From: Eutreptiella sp. 'Long Island Sound 2002'
Taxonomy: Eukaryota; Protista; Euglenida
NCBI GenBank assembly: GCA_964036045.1
Contig: OZ038378.1
Coordinates: forward strand, 11,904,001 to 11,968,000
DNA length: 64,000 nt
Direction: 5' to 3'
Shown here: piece after piece, positions 22,071-35,284 of the stretch
Layout: each line of letters opens with the position of its first letter
How positions within the stretch are numbered: position 1 is the stretch's first letter
Made by a program: the position numbers and the translations under genes
The notes under the pieces: generated by a model
Told to the model about the DNA's origin: nothing
What the model saw: the letters and a program-made list of their open reading frames with translations, nothing else
The model's database searches: none

Positions 22071-25000
22071 GTTCAAGCAACACTGGCCTCTTGTGTGACT
22101 GAATCCCGGTTGGTAGAATGGGGCTCTTCATTCCAACACACAATGGAGACAGCCTTGGTGTCTAAGTTACAACCAGCACACGCTGGGGAGCCAGGTAGCA
22201 GTGAGCCTACCGGTCAGGTTATTCAAGCGCAGGTACAACAGGCCACCAAGGCTGCATTTGAGGCACAAGCCAATGCGGCGGCATCCAAGGTTGATGTAGA
22301 ACAAGCCATTCACTCTAGCACGGAGGCACAGGCCAGTGCAACTCACGCTGGCCGCATTTATAAGCAGGTCATGGAGGTCCAAACTCACGTGGATGAGGCC
22401 AGGGAGGCAGTGGTGCTCAGTGAAGAGCAAGCACGGGAGCACGCACGTAGTGCTTCATCTGCCTCTGCCACTGCAGCACAGGTGTTGTCCACAGCACGTG
22501 AGGTAGAAGGAAGTGTGGTGCAACATGCCCACAATGCCATACAGTCTGCCAAGGCTGCAGCCAATGACGCCTGCACTGCATCCCAGTTAGTAACACAGGT
22601 GCAGGAGCAGTGCGAGGGTCTGAGCCAGCAAGTGGAGGCCCTTTGTGGTGGTGAGTCAGATAGTGACATGCCCCCACTGGTGAGTAGTGCAGAGGACAGT
22701 GATGATGATCAGCGCCCTAATTCACAGCAGGGTCCCGCTGGTCAGGCCTTGAAGCGCCGCTTGCGCAAGTGGCTGCAGTCAACTGCAGTGGTTGCCACTG
22801 AAGCTAATACTCAGGCTACGGCAGCGAGCCAGTTGGCTAGTGAGGCAGCTACTAAGGCACAGGAGGCACATAATAGGGCGGAACAAGGGGCTGCTACGGC
22901 TCAAGCGGCCCTGAACTGTGCCAAAGATGCCCATGGCCACATCCATGACATGGGCCAGCGGTTGTCCGATATGTCACAGGACCTTCAATCAACGAAGGAT
23001 CAGTCAGACAGGGCGTCGCAACAGTGCGCACGGGTATGTGATAGGGTGGACAAGCTGCCTGGAGATTTGGAAGTGGTGGAAGTGGCCATGTCTTTCGGTT
23101 CACCCAAGACTACTTCCTGCCCACCCACAGTCCATGATCCCTATTCTGCGCCCCTAACAGATGTTAACCACTCCACACCCTCATCTGAGGCACATGGGCC
23201 TGGCAGTTTGATGGGTCGTGGTACGATGCCCACTGGACAACCTTCAAGCTCCATACCTGCAACGTTGAGTGGGGTGCCTCTGGGTGGTACAGTGCCCCCC
23301 CTGAACAATTCCCTGGGCCTGGCTGGTGCAGGGCGACAACAAGTGCAGCAGCTGCAGGGCATGAATCCACTCAACAGTGGTGTACAGCCCGGTTGCCCCT
23401 CTGGTCCCTCCCAGCCAAGTTCGCAATTTTTTCAGGGCACACCGCAATCAGTTCCTCCCAATCCTACATCTCCTTCCTTATTCTCTTCGCAATTGTATGC
23501 TCAGCACACCCACCCTCACGTTTCTCCAACTCCATCTGTGCCTCCCATCCCCCCACACTTGTTGAGTACTAAACCTCCTGTTGGGTCCACTCAGGGCTTC
23601 CAAACGCTTCACGGACGAACACCGTGGGAGCCGTTGCCGCTGAGCGGGGCAATGCAGCCCCTTATAGAGCCAGTGCCACACCAGGGTGCTGCCAAGATGT
23701 CGGGCACAGCGTTGGGCTATGGTCATACTCCTATCGTGAGTGTTGGACAGCCCCAAGGTATCTTTTCTCAGACCTACAACCCTGACTGCCCGGAGTATGG
23801 CACACGCATGACGCTCTGGGATCGGGGTTTGGACTCCCCCGACCAAGCGCACATGTCGCATCAGGCATGGGGTCAGATCTCGTGGGCTTTCGACTCAGAT
23901 GGGGTTTTCAATGCGGATAAGGCGCTTTACCCCCCCCCTGATGTGCGGGATGTGCGGCCAACAGGAATTGTGGCTGGGTTTGCTTTTCTGGAAGTACGCC
24001 CCCCCGAAAAACTCTTGGAAATGATCCGCAGCGGATCTGTCACTCTTGGGGGCACAGGTAAAACTGATGGACATCTGTTTAGGAGGGACGGCCACCCCAT
24101 TCTGGACCCCAAGATGCAATCACGGGTTCAGGACATGTCGCAGGCACCTTCCTTCCGCCAAGGCGATGACTGGGACCGTTTTGAGTTCCTCGTGGTTGAT
24201 TGGTTTCAGGTTAAGGGTAGGTATCTTCCTGAGGATGAACAGGTGAAGGCATTGATAGCCACACATCCACAGGAAGATGACGTACGTTGGCTGGAGTTGG
24301 CACGCAGCCAACGCTTGGGTTTTTTTTCAATTATTACGCCACATGGCCCATGATGGCCGCCGGGGGGCGGACCAGAGTCGCGCCCTGTCTGAGTTTGAAG
24401 CCATGGTGTTACCCACCACAGCTCTTAACCCTTGTTCATTGGCCAGATGGTTTGCTGAGTGGCTCAAGAAGGGAAGGAAGGTCCTTGGTGGTTACACCAC
24501 TCATATGGCACAGGAGAGGCTAATGAGGATTTTCCATCAACATGCCAAACTGGAGGTCACTCCAGGTTTTAAGCAGGCAGTGTCCAAGGTTCTCCTCAGA
24601 CAGACCCAGGCCCGCCTCAGGTTCACATACATTGAGCTTTATTTGTTCATTATGCCCTTCCTGATGACTGAGGAAGAGACAGGCTGGGATGAGGAGCACT
24701 ATAGCGGCTCTACCCACCTCCGGGCCTTCTCTCAGTCTCCAGGACGTTCCTACAGCCGGTCTGGCCGGGATCCTGAGCGCACTTCTGTGCGGAGAGTTGA
24801 CAAACCCAGGGACAGATCCAGGGACAGGGGCCGTGAGAGATCCCGGGAGAGAGCGGCAGGTGAATCTGGTCAGCGATATGATGGACGGTCATTCCCTTTC
24901 AGGGGTGACGGCAGATCTACAGACCAGAAACGCCCTGGGAGCCGTGATGGCGATCGCCGGCGTTCATTGACACCGGGGCGAAACCCTGAACCCCCATCGC

Positions 25001-25380
25001 GCAGAAGCGTGTCCCCGGGGCGACCAAGGGAACCTGAGCGTCCGCTGCAACCTCAGGATGAGAACAATGTGAGGGGTCGCAGCCGGGAGCGGTCAGAGTC
25101 CAGACCGCGCACGCAGTCACGCTCCCGTGTTTGTTTTGAATGCGGGGGCGACCACATGAAGGCTGACTGCCCTAAACTAAAAGCCGATGTGGGCAGACGC
25201 ACCCGCAGTAAGGACAGAGCGCAAACTGAGGGATGTTTTGAGTGTGGAGGGCCACACATGAAGGCGGATTGCCCTAAACTGAAGGCTCAGGGTAACCGTC
25301 GGTCGGCCAGCCGAGATCGACGCGGGAATTCACCCCACCCTGGGCGCCGCGGGCGGTCCGCTGAGAGAAAACAAGGTTAG
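22071..25380 (+). CDS. gag: Gag (Ala/Gln-rich, Pro-rich, capsid-like, RS-rich, 2x CCHC); frameshift at the T8 run near 24320
   Basis: CFECGGDHMKADC and CFECGGPHMKADC zinc knuckles; ORFs 22095-24353 and 24277-25380 overlap at a homopolymer. Confidence 0.82.
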
Positions 25381-28300
25381 GGCACCACCAGGGGATCCCG
25401 GCTGGCATACCAGAAGCGTCCCAAGGGGCAATCTAAACAACTCTTTCGACGCTTTGCCAGTCGACTGCAAACCCCCAGTTCCCTGATGGTATTGCCTGTC
25501 GCGCCCGGTCACAGGCAGGTGTCGGCGGGGTCGTGGGCGACAAAATGCCCCCTTCAGTGGGCCGAGGCGACCCGAGCTCTTTTGCACTTTTCAGATAACA
25601 TGGTTTGTGAAGTCCGGGCGCCACAAAAATTCAAAAATCGACGCCAACCCCCCAAAGAATTGGTGGTCCCTGTTCGCATGTCTCTTGAGGGCGGTGGGCA
25701 GGGGCTCCCAACAGAATGGGAGGCCCTCATTGACAGTGGGGCTCAACCTTTAGGGGCCGTTGGACGGGAGTTGGTCCCCCCTGAATGTGCTGTGTCTTCC
25801 CCATTCCCTGTTACTGTGACGGGGGCAGACCAGTCCGTCATCAAAGGTGGCGGGCAGGGGGTTTGGATGAACCTCTCAGTCCCTGTTTGGGGTAAGTATG
25901 GGTCAAAGATCTTTCAGTTTGTGCATATATTTGTGTACATCCTGGACATTGGGCCCAAGTTTATCCTTGGGTACCCATTTTTGGAGCAATTTCAGCTTGC
26001 TATTATCCCAGGCATTCCGCTGTTGGTGCCTGTGGAGTCTATTCGGCTGAGAGCATGGGGCAAATACATTGCTGGTCCCCATCAGCCTTGTCCCAAGTGC
26101 CATTGGTGTGTAGAGGGACAGGGATGTCCTGCCCATTGCCAGGAATGTAGGTTTTTGACAGTGTGCCGTATACACACACAAGTGACAGGACCTACAGCTC
26201 AGGGCCTTTCCCCCCCCGAGAAATACGTTGGGACAGGATGTCCGCCCCATATTGATTCATGGTAAGAGACATCATTGCTCTATTGGGGTGGAGTCCTGTG
26301 GGTCCAGGGTGCAGGGGGTGCGGCGTAGGGTGCGTTGGGGTGGCACAGCGCGTTATGCTTATTCCCTTCTTCCTCAATTTCAGGATGGCTCAAGCTCAGA
26401 GAGCGACGAGGATGATGAGGTGCCTCAGCGATTAAAACGTCCTTCTCAGGTTTTTTCTGTTGCTTGCCCTTCCCCACCACCATCCCCTCCTTCCTCCCCT
26501 CATTGTATGGTGAAAGATGTACATACATCAATGAATTGGACCACTGCTGCTGCATGTGGGCTGCAGAGGTTTGATGCGGCGGAAGAACGCCATGTGGCTG
26601 GCCGGTGCGGGGTGCATGACCCTTATTCATTTGGCCAGGGGGTTACATTTGATATGTTATTAGAGGCCAAGACGGCCATGACTGTTATGGTGACCCCCGA
26701 GCCACAGCAGCGCATCAGAATTCAATGCCGGCCGGCGCAATGGGCTGATGGTGTGCCAGATAGGCAGCCTGCGCTTGGAGGCCAGCAGCACCAACAACAA
26801 GGGTGGACGGCTGTACCAAGGGCTCTGCGAACCACCGCATCGGTGAGACAGCCGGTGGTGCATGCGAGCCTTGAAGCGCCCACATTTGGTCACACCAATT
26901 ATTGGGCGCCATTACAGGGCAAGCGGGACAGTGGGGTTGCAGAAGGGCGGGTTGAGGCGACAGCGCTACCCCTGCCCCGTAAGGACCCCCCCCCCTCCCA
27001 CATGTTCTGCAGGGAACGTCAGCCCCACACCCACTCCCTTAAGGGTGGAGGTGGCTCAGATACAGCCATCTTCAGCTCCTGCTTGTTATTGCAGTGATTC
27101 TGCAATTTGTCACCTTTGTTTTGCTGAGGACACACCCCTCCCTGGCACTCTAAATATCCTTTCGACAGTGGTTCAGCCTGAGCGGGCTGTACCCCCCCTC
27201 CATCCCTGCTCCTACCCCCCTTTGCCATATGTATCATCGGTAAAGGCTACAGCGTCCCCAGAGAACACGGGTCCTACCCCAGTTGGGTCAGGGGATCTGA
27301 GAATCTGGAAACGGGACGCCATTAAGGAGGTTTATTTGCTCCGTATTGAGGAGCGACGAGCATGGGACGCCATGGTGGCGTCATTTCAACATATACTGAC
27401 ACCTCGCGATGCTCTGAGGGGTGCTCAGATGATCATCAGGGAGGAGCAGCAGGCTATTAGTGGACTGCTGGACTCCTTCCAGCGTATCCTTCCCTCCCTC
27501 CCCCCCCCCTCTCAAGATGTTGAAATTGATTATGTGCATTTATGGCGTCGCTGGCGCCAGATTGAAGCTGATATGACCAAATATTGGCAGCGGAGTGCTG
27601 CCAAGGTGAAGGAATTATATTGGACATCGGGACTACAGTGCTTACAAGGGGTTCTGACGCCTCACATTGCTCCCTCGGTCCAGATTCCATTTGTATACAT
27701 ATTGTATCGGGGTTTTGTAGAGTTCATGGTGAGTCGTGTGTTGATGTTATTCATACTGCTGGGAGCATTGACAGGGTCTACCCTGCGCTCTTTGAGACTA
27801 AGGGAGTTGTCCATGGTCTCAGACCCCCCCAATGAGAGCCTCAATATGAGGATGATTCCGTTCCAGAAGTCGCGCCCTTGTGGGCTAGCGCCGAAAACCT
27901 GTTCTGGGTTGTTCGATAGGTTCAGCAGTGCGGCAGAAAGCATGCTGAATCAGGAGCTGGGTCTGTGGTGCTCTGGCGTGCCTGCAGACCCTGTTGTTTT
28001 TTCTGTTGCTGCGTCTAGGTCTTGCAAGGCCACTGACATTGATTCCCGGAACCCAGATGGATGGGACAACTTGTCCGAGGGTGGTTCTGAGGTGTGCTCC
28101 TCAGATGCTGACACTGATAGTGACACTGGACATACATCAGTGTTACGTCAGCATGCCCCCGCGTATGCACCAGACTATTTCATGGGAGGATGGGGATACT
28201 CGCGTGAGGAACAGCAGAAGTTTTTTTCTGCGCCCCCCCCTGTTGAGCATATCTCAACATGTAGTCTGTCATCCATCCGTTTGGAGGATTCCACTCCGGT

Positions 28301-31300
28301 GAAGTCGCTTTCAGCAATGCAGGCAAAGAAAAACGCTCAAAAACGTCGTCCTGACAACCGAAATCAAGGGGTACAGCAGCGGGTGCGTCGTAAATATCGT
28401 AAATTTGGTCATACGTGGCTCGATGTAGTCCGACGTGGTGATTTATGTTTAAAGCCCAGTGTTCGGCAACGAGTGCAAGCCTGGGCCAAGGCTAATGAGT
28501 TGAATATTTCTGTAGATTGTTTTGCTCAGTCTTCCTCCCTCTCCCTTGCTCCTCGGTGGTTTGGGAATAGACAGGGTGGGGCGTTGGCCCAGAACTGGCA
28601 GGAAGAATGCCTGTGGGTCGCCCCGCCACCACATTTATATCGGCGGTGTGTGGAGAAGATCTGTGGTGAGGGTTGCCATGGATTTATGTTACTCCCCACC
28701 CGTAAGCAGCACCACTGGTGGTGGGCAATGGGAGAATTTGTTGTGGATTGGGTGGACATTGGTTCGGGAAGGGACATATTTGAGTCTGTAGATGGGTTCC
28801 CCATCCAGATGCCTGACGGGGAATCCTACAGGCTGGTATATTTTGATGCTGAAGCTGCCCAGCCTGAGGATGATGATGAGGAACAAGGGCACAGGACATC
28901 TCCCCCGAGACATGACAGAGGTGATACGCCCCCAGACCCCTCTGAGGATCCACAGGAAGTCCCTGATAATCCCCTGAAGGACAGGAGTTTACCTTTGCCT
29001 ACCCATGAGGAGGCTAAAGGACGAGGGGTGCAAGGTTTTACTGAGTGTATTGGGCGGCATTTGCCGAAGTTTTCGTCAGGCAGGAGTGTTCAATCTGTTA
29101 TTTTGAGCGACCAGGAGTACCCTGATTGCCAAGGGTACAGGGACCTCATCCTGGACCGCTTCAAGCAATCTGTTTTTACTACAAAAAATTATGATGATGT
29201 GACCCCTGAACAGTTGGACGCCAGAGGTAAAGGGTTTGGGGAAGTGCAGTTGGAGTTGATTCAGGATCCCACCCCAAAATCCTGTAAGGCGGTCAGGTCA
29301 GTTGGTCTCAGGGAAGAGTTGTTGAAAGAAAAAATTGATGATTTCAGGAAAAGAGGGTTAATTGCACGGTGTGATGACAAAACGGAATGGTGCAGCCGGG
29401 CCTTTTTGGTTCCCAAGCCGGGCGGGAAATGGAGGCTTGTCATTGACTATCGATGGCTCAATAGTCAATTGAAAGGCCAAAATTTTCCCATTCCGGTAAT
29501 TGAGGACCAGCTGGCCAAGCAAAGGGGGAAATTTGTTTTCACATTGGTGGACCTTGAGGATGGGTTCCACCAGATGAGGCTGGCTGAGGAGTCACAGCAC
29601 CTCACAGCCTTCATCACCCCCTTTGGGGTTTTCAAGTGGAGGGTGCTGCCCATGGGGGTGAAAGTTGGCCCCCAGGTTTTTCAGAGAATGGTGGCCCATG
29701 TGTTGCGTCAATGTTCCGACTCCGGGCCATACATTGATGATGTTTTGTCATCCACAGGGTTACCCCCCCCTCCCCCTGAGTCTGGTAAAGGTGAAATGGA
29801 GGACAGCTTTGCATATCAGGACAGTTCTGGGTCTGGGCGGGTCACCACATTGCCTCTGGAGCCTGCAGCTCGAAAGGCATGTCTGGACCATCATTTTGGT
29901 GTAGTATGGCAGTGTTTTGAGGCATTTGAGAGGGCTTGCCTGACAGTCAAACCCTCTAAGTACCATATGTTCATGCAGCAAGTTAGGTATGTAGGTCATG
30001 TGCTGTGTGGGGGTCAAAGATTCCCCGACCCTTCCAAAACTGAGGCAATCGCCAAGTGGAGGGCCGAGGATATCAAGACACCCAAAGCCCTCAAAGGGTT
30101 CTTAGGTATCTTGAATTGGTATAGTATATATATAAAAAATTTTGCCAAGTATGCCGCCCCTTTGATTGATTCATTAAAGGGGAAGTATCAGTATGAACCC
30201 CCAGACCCCCAGACTAAAGGGCAACTCGATGGGAATGGGAAGCCCATCAAGAAAAAGAAAATCCGGCTGTCCCCCAAGCAAATGGAGATCAAGTGGACTC
30301 CAGAAATGCTTGCCGGGTTTGACGCCTTAAAGGCTGCAGTGACTCAGGAGCTGGCCCTCTACCTACCTGGGGATGGTAGATGGAGGATTTATACTGATGC
30401 CAGCGATTATGCCATAGGGGGTGAGCTACAGCAGGAACAAGCTGATGGGAGCTGGCGCCCCGTGGCCTATTTTTCTAGAAAGCTGCAGGGCAGTAGGGAA
30501 AAAGGGAAAGTACTGGGCCAAATGGGCTGGACAGTACGGGAAAAAGAAACCTATGCCTTGGTTTGTTGCCTGCTCAAATTTCAGAGCTGGATAGGTTTCT
30601 CAGAAGTGGAGGTGCTTACTGACCACAGTAGCATCATCCAGTGGTACAAAGAGGACTTATGCACCCTCTCAGGACCCTTAGGGCGCCGTGGGAGGTGGCA
30701 TGAGTTCCTCAGCCGTTTTAATTTAGTAATTCGCTACTGCCCTGGGGAGATAAACACCACTGCAGATGCGATGTCCAGATGGGCTTACCCTGCTGGGGTA
30801 GCACAGGACTCAAGTTTTCATGGCTCAGACCAGGATCTGCAGGGGTGGACAGGGAAAGAGCTTGAGGAGTGTGCGGAACGCCAGCGGGTTTTACGGGAAA
30901 AGTATCCTGATGCTTTTGGCAGTGTTTCTGCCATTACTTGTGATCCTGTGTGTCCCCTGATACAGATGCCAGCACAGGACTGCGCCCTACAGTTGCTGCA
31001 GCAAGCGTATCAGGGAACGGTGGGGGAGGAGATGAGTCAGGATGCCTCATACATGTTGCCTGATGGTGAGTTGACTGAAAATTTTGAGGAGTTTTATTTC
31101 AGCACTCTGTCCTGTTATGGAATTCAACCAGATTTCCTCCCTCCAACTCTCTCTGACCCTGACACTGTGTCTCAGTCCATTCCTCTGGACCCCATTTTCC
31201 TTGCCTTGTCTTCCAGGTCTCAACGGAGGGCTGTACACAGAATTCAGGCCAAGAGGGTTAAAGCTGGAGCCAAGAAGTGCAGTGTCAGGTCTGCGTTTAG

Positions 31301-32948
31301 GCAATTGAGTTGGCATGTGCCTGGGGTTGAATGTTTAGGGTTAAATGGCATGCAGGCTGTCAAACTGCCGCCAGAAATTCATATTTTACATGAGGATTGG
31401 ACCGCACACTACCGGACAGATCATATATATCAGCCATATATGCCTGAGCTGGAGAGCACACAATATGCGCCATATGGGGGCGATCCCAGTAAGTATTTGA
31501 CATATTATCATGGTAAAATACGTCATAATGGTAAAATATGTGTTCCTACTTCAATTTTGAGGCAGCTCATACGTGCACTGCATACCTATGCTCATCCAGG
31601 CATCGATAAAACGTGTCAGTTGTTTCACAGGAAGTTTTGTATATTGGATGAGTCATATACAGCCACAAAGATCAAGGAACACGTGCAACAGGTGGTGCAC
31701 CATTGCCAGGTGTGTCAGACGGCAAAGCCCCGTAAGGGAGCACAGCCAGATACACACGAGGGATACCCAATCCCCGACGAAATTTTTCAATCAATTTCTG
31801 TTGATTTCCTTGATCTTACCAGTGATCCTGTGACCAGGCATGGTAAAATTTTCGATTATGTGCTAGTAGTGGTTTGTCGGTTGTCTGGATATGTAATTGC
31901 CATACCCTGCAGTAAGCATACTACTGCAGCGGAGTTGGCTGAAATTTTTGTTGAGCGGGTTTTTACACACTGGGGACTGCCCAGTGTCATCTTTTCCGAC
32001 CATGACCACTTGGTCAACTCAAAGTTTTTCACTCACTGCTGTATGCTCTCAGGGGTAGATGAGCATACATCCCCCATCTACACCCCCAAATCCAATGGAC
32101 GTGCGGAAAACGCCGTTCAATTGGTATTAAACAGTTTGCGACGACTTTTGGAGCAGAAATGCAGCCGGGATTGGCTACAGTTGCTCCCTTTGGCGGTCTG
32201 GGGTCTGAATGACCTCCCAGGCCCCATTCAGGGATACTCCCCCCACAGGATTGTGTTTGGCCGTGATTCTGTGGGTTTTGGGGACTGCCCTGCCACCATC
32301 CCTGAGGATGGCCGTCGGGATGCGACAGATTTTTTTCAACAATTGCTGCAGGATCGTCGCCTGGTACAGCAGAAACTGACGGCCATCCACAAAAGGGAAA
32401 CGGAGAAGTTCCTGGGGAACCACCCACGCCAGGTGTTTAGCCCTGGAGACAGGGTATGGATTAGGGTGAACAGGCAGGGGATGGAGAAACAGTCCACGAA
32501 GCTGGACAGGGTGTGGAAAGGTCCAGCAGAAATTTTGGCACGTGTGGGTGTTGGCAGGTACCGGGTTGCTACGGAAAAGGGTGAAAAGGTGTTACACACC
32601 AGGGATCTGAAACCCTGTCTGGACCCCCTGTCATTGCCTGGTAAGCCCCCCCTGCATTATTACACCGATGTGGAGGGTGTCATCGAAGACAAGGCCACAT
32701 ATGAGGTGGAAAAGATTTTAAAGCACCGCAAACGCAAACTGAAAGGGGGCAAGGAGATACTTGAGTGGAGGGTAAAATATAAGGGACATACACAGCCGGA
32801 ATGGCAACCTGCCTCGGCTTTCATGCATGACATTACAGATCAGTGGGTCCAATATAACAAGGACAGGAATATTAAAATCACATTGCAGGATGTCAGGCCA
32901 GATATTTATGAGTTGCGACTGGTTGTTGACACGGCATGCCCAAAATGA
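25381..32948 (+). CDS. pol: Pol polyprotein (PR, Dam-like MTase fold, RT, RNase H, integrase, chromodomain); homopolymer frameshifts near 26210 and 26990
   Basis: LIDSGA (25732); FLVPKPGGKWRLVIDYRWLN; YIDD (29730); YTDASDYAIG and ADAMSR (RNase H); HTYAHPG..CQVC, SVDF, FSDHD, NGRAE (integrase); YEVEKILKHR..WRVKYKG..EWQP (chromodomain). Confidence 0.93.
28430..28860 (+). other. Phage-Dam/DIRS-type N6-adenine methyltransferase-like domain within pol
   Basis: DLCLKPSVRQRV..VDCFAQ..APRWF..ALAQNW..LWVAPPPHLYRRCVEKI..GFMLLP..HWW follows the Dam/DIRS-MT motif order (DxFA, A..W, NPPF, Ki, P, W). Confidence 0.72.
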
Positions 32949-33714
32949 CATCGTGAGCTTGTGTCACTGTGATATTCTGACATTGTGTCCCCATGTTACT
33001 GTTTTTTAGGACCCGCAGCTCCTTGGGAGCTTGGCGGCCCTGACCCCCCACCCCTGGAATCACATTTTTTTGCCAAATTGCATACCAGCATGGCTATTTT
33101 GCTCAGCATGGTTCAGTCTTAGACTGCATGTGGCGACATGACTGGTGGCAACGGTGAGAGAAGCGTTCCATACGCCGTAGTGACATGTAGGAGACCCGGT
33201 TGCCATATTATGCAAGTCAGCACCACACCACGCTGGGCGTAGCCACGCTGGACAAAGTCATGCTAAATATTGGCGGTGATTCAGGCAGGATGAACCCCCT
33301 GTTGTCTATATTCTTGTCTCTGTTGTTGGATTCTGGGGTCGTGGGGCAGATTTGCTGCGTTGCAGTGTAATGCGGGCCCTGTCTGGGCTGGGTCAATCTG
33401 TCTGGGCTGTCTGGGCTGGGTCGATCTGCCTGGACTGTCTGGGCTCATCCATCAGTTTTTTTTTATCATGGATCGTGGCTGTGACTGTGGCAGGGGCTGT
33501 GGTTGGATGAAGGGAGCCATATATTTTTTTCTCGACGGCTCTCAGCCCCCCCCCCCCCCTGTGCTGTCAGCCCCCCCCCCCCCTGTGCGGTCAGCCCGCC
33601 CCCCCCCCCCTGCATATACATGTTCTCCTTTTGCAGATATGGGATATGAAAGCACGCTACGCTGAACTTTACAGAAGTGGCATGCAGGATGAGGCCACAG
33701 GTCATGGGTTGAGG

Positions 33715-33949
33715 TGCAGGATGACAGGGAATCGCATTGCAGTACAGACTGTCGATTTTTTTCCCTTCTGTTGACAGTGGATCGCAGCGTTGGGATGCAG
33801 GATGACAGGGAATCACATTGCAGTACAGATTGTCGATTTTTTTTCTTATGTTGACGGTGGATTGCAGCGTTGGGATGCAGGACGACAGGGAATTGCATTG
33901 GAGTACAGGCTGTCCATTTTTTTCCCTTCTGTTGACAGTGGATCGCAGC
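33715..33949 (+). repeat. About 81-bp tandem repeat x3 in the Gypsy 3' UTR
   Basis: tgcaggatgacagggaat... unit starts at 33715, 33796 and 33876. Confidence 0.9.
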
Positions 33950-34720
33950 AGCGCTGTAACTGTCAGCCCAGGATGTGAAGCCAGGCCTGGGCTGTCACAT
34001 ATGTCATTGCTGGGGTTCTGACAGCCCCCTCCTCCTCTCAAATGATAGAGCAGCATTGCCCGTTTCCTGTTTCATGTATCGGGCTGTTCCAGTAGGGTTT
34101 GGTAGCACAATTGTGCAGAAATTCCCCTGTTTCCTCCCATTCCCCCCCAGTTCAGTGAGGTGTGTAGGTGAGCAGTACACATGGGAAACTGGCACTAAAA
34201 GGCTATGGCCGGTGTGGATAGTGGCAGCCTCACGTCGCGCTCACCTGTGATCGGGCATGGGAAGAGCTAAAACAATAAAGACCTACCCACCGGAAAGCCG
34301 TTTGTCAGTAGGATTTCAGGATTTTCCTACCCTTCACCCCATCCGGTCACTATTTTTCACAGGGAAAAACCCGCCTTGTTGGGGCTCACAGCCCATCATA
34401 CCCAGTACAGGCCAGCCAGTGTCACCCCCACTATATGGGATCGGTCACCACCAGTGTGGGTGGCGGATACAGTTGCATTTTCCTCCCTTTCTCTCTCCCG
34501 TCCTTTCGTGCCTTGTTTTCCCTTCCTTTTGTGTATATTGCTTCTGTTTGCATTTTTTTTTCCCCTTCGCCATCTCAGGTGTTCAAGTCAGAATTCAGAA
34601 GTGTAATCCAGGGCTGCTTAAGGACTGCTTTTTGCAGATGGCACTCCTTGATTGTCATTCTGGTGTCAGCCAGCACTCTAGGCTCATGTCTCCTTCGCCT
34701 GGTGCTTGGCTTGTGCGGGG

Positions 34721-35284
34721 AGTGCAACAATTCAGGACTGCCATTCAGATTAGACAGTCGCGATCAGCTGCAGATGCTCGTGAGATCGCGTGTTCCATTA
34801 CAGTGGCGCTTAGCTGCAGAGGTTGCGTCTTTAATCAGACTTGGAGCTGAAAGGGCCAGACAATTCTTGATGTGTTGATGTCAGTGTTCCAATCAAACTG
34901 TAGGTTCCAATGGCAGTTGCGGATCGGTCAGAAAGTTATATAGGAGAGTCGATTCTACATGTCCATTGATGCCGATTGATCATACCTCAATGGTAAAGCA
35001 TTGTAGGCTTGATGTTAAGATTGGTCTGCCATTGACGAGTATATGCAATCCCAATCTTGTTTTGTTATCTTGTGTTTATTTTGTGTTGCCATCCTTTAGC
35101 ACGGATATATGATGGATCTATTAGAGTTTCAGTCTTCCGGACTTTGAAACTATTCAAGAACTTCAGGACTCCTTTTGGTATTGTGCCTTGCCTATCTCCT
35201 TGTGGGCCAATTGAGGATCATTGTGGTGAAAATCAAGCTTTGGGGAATATTGCGAAATATTTTGGGTTTCGAGTTCGTGGGATT
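34721..35284 (+). repeat. 3' LTR (564 bp)
   Basis: Direct repeat of 19412-19977, preceded by a short purine tract (gcgggg). Confidence 0.92.

Larger units (their letters stand above)
19412..35284 (+). mobile_element. Ty3/Gypsy chromodomain LTR retrotransposon, 15.9 kb, nested in the DNA transposon
   Basis: Near-identical LTRs, gag with two CCHC knuckles, PR-RT-RH-IN-chromodomain order. Confidence 0.95.
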
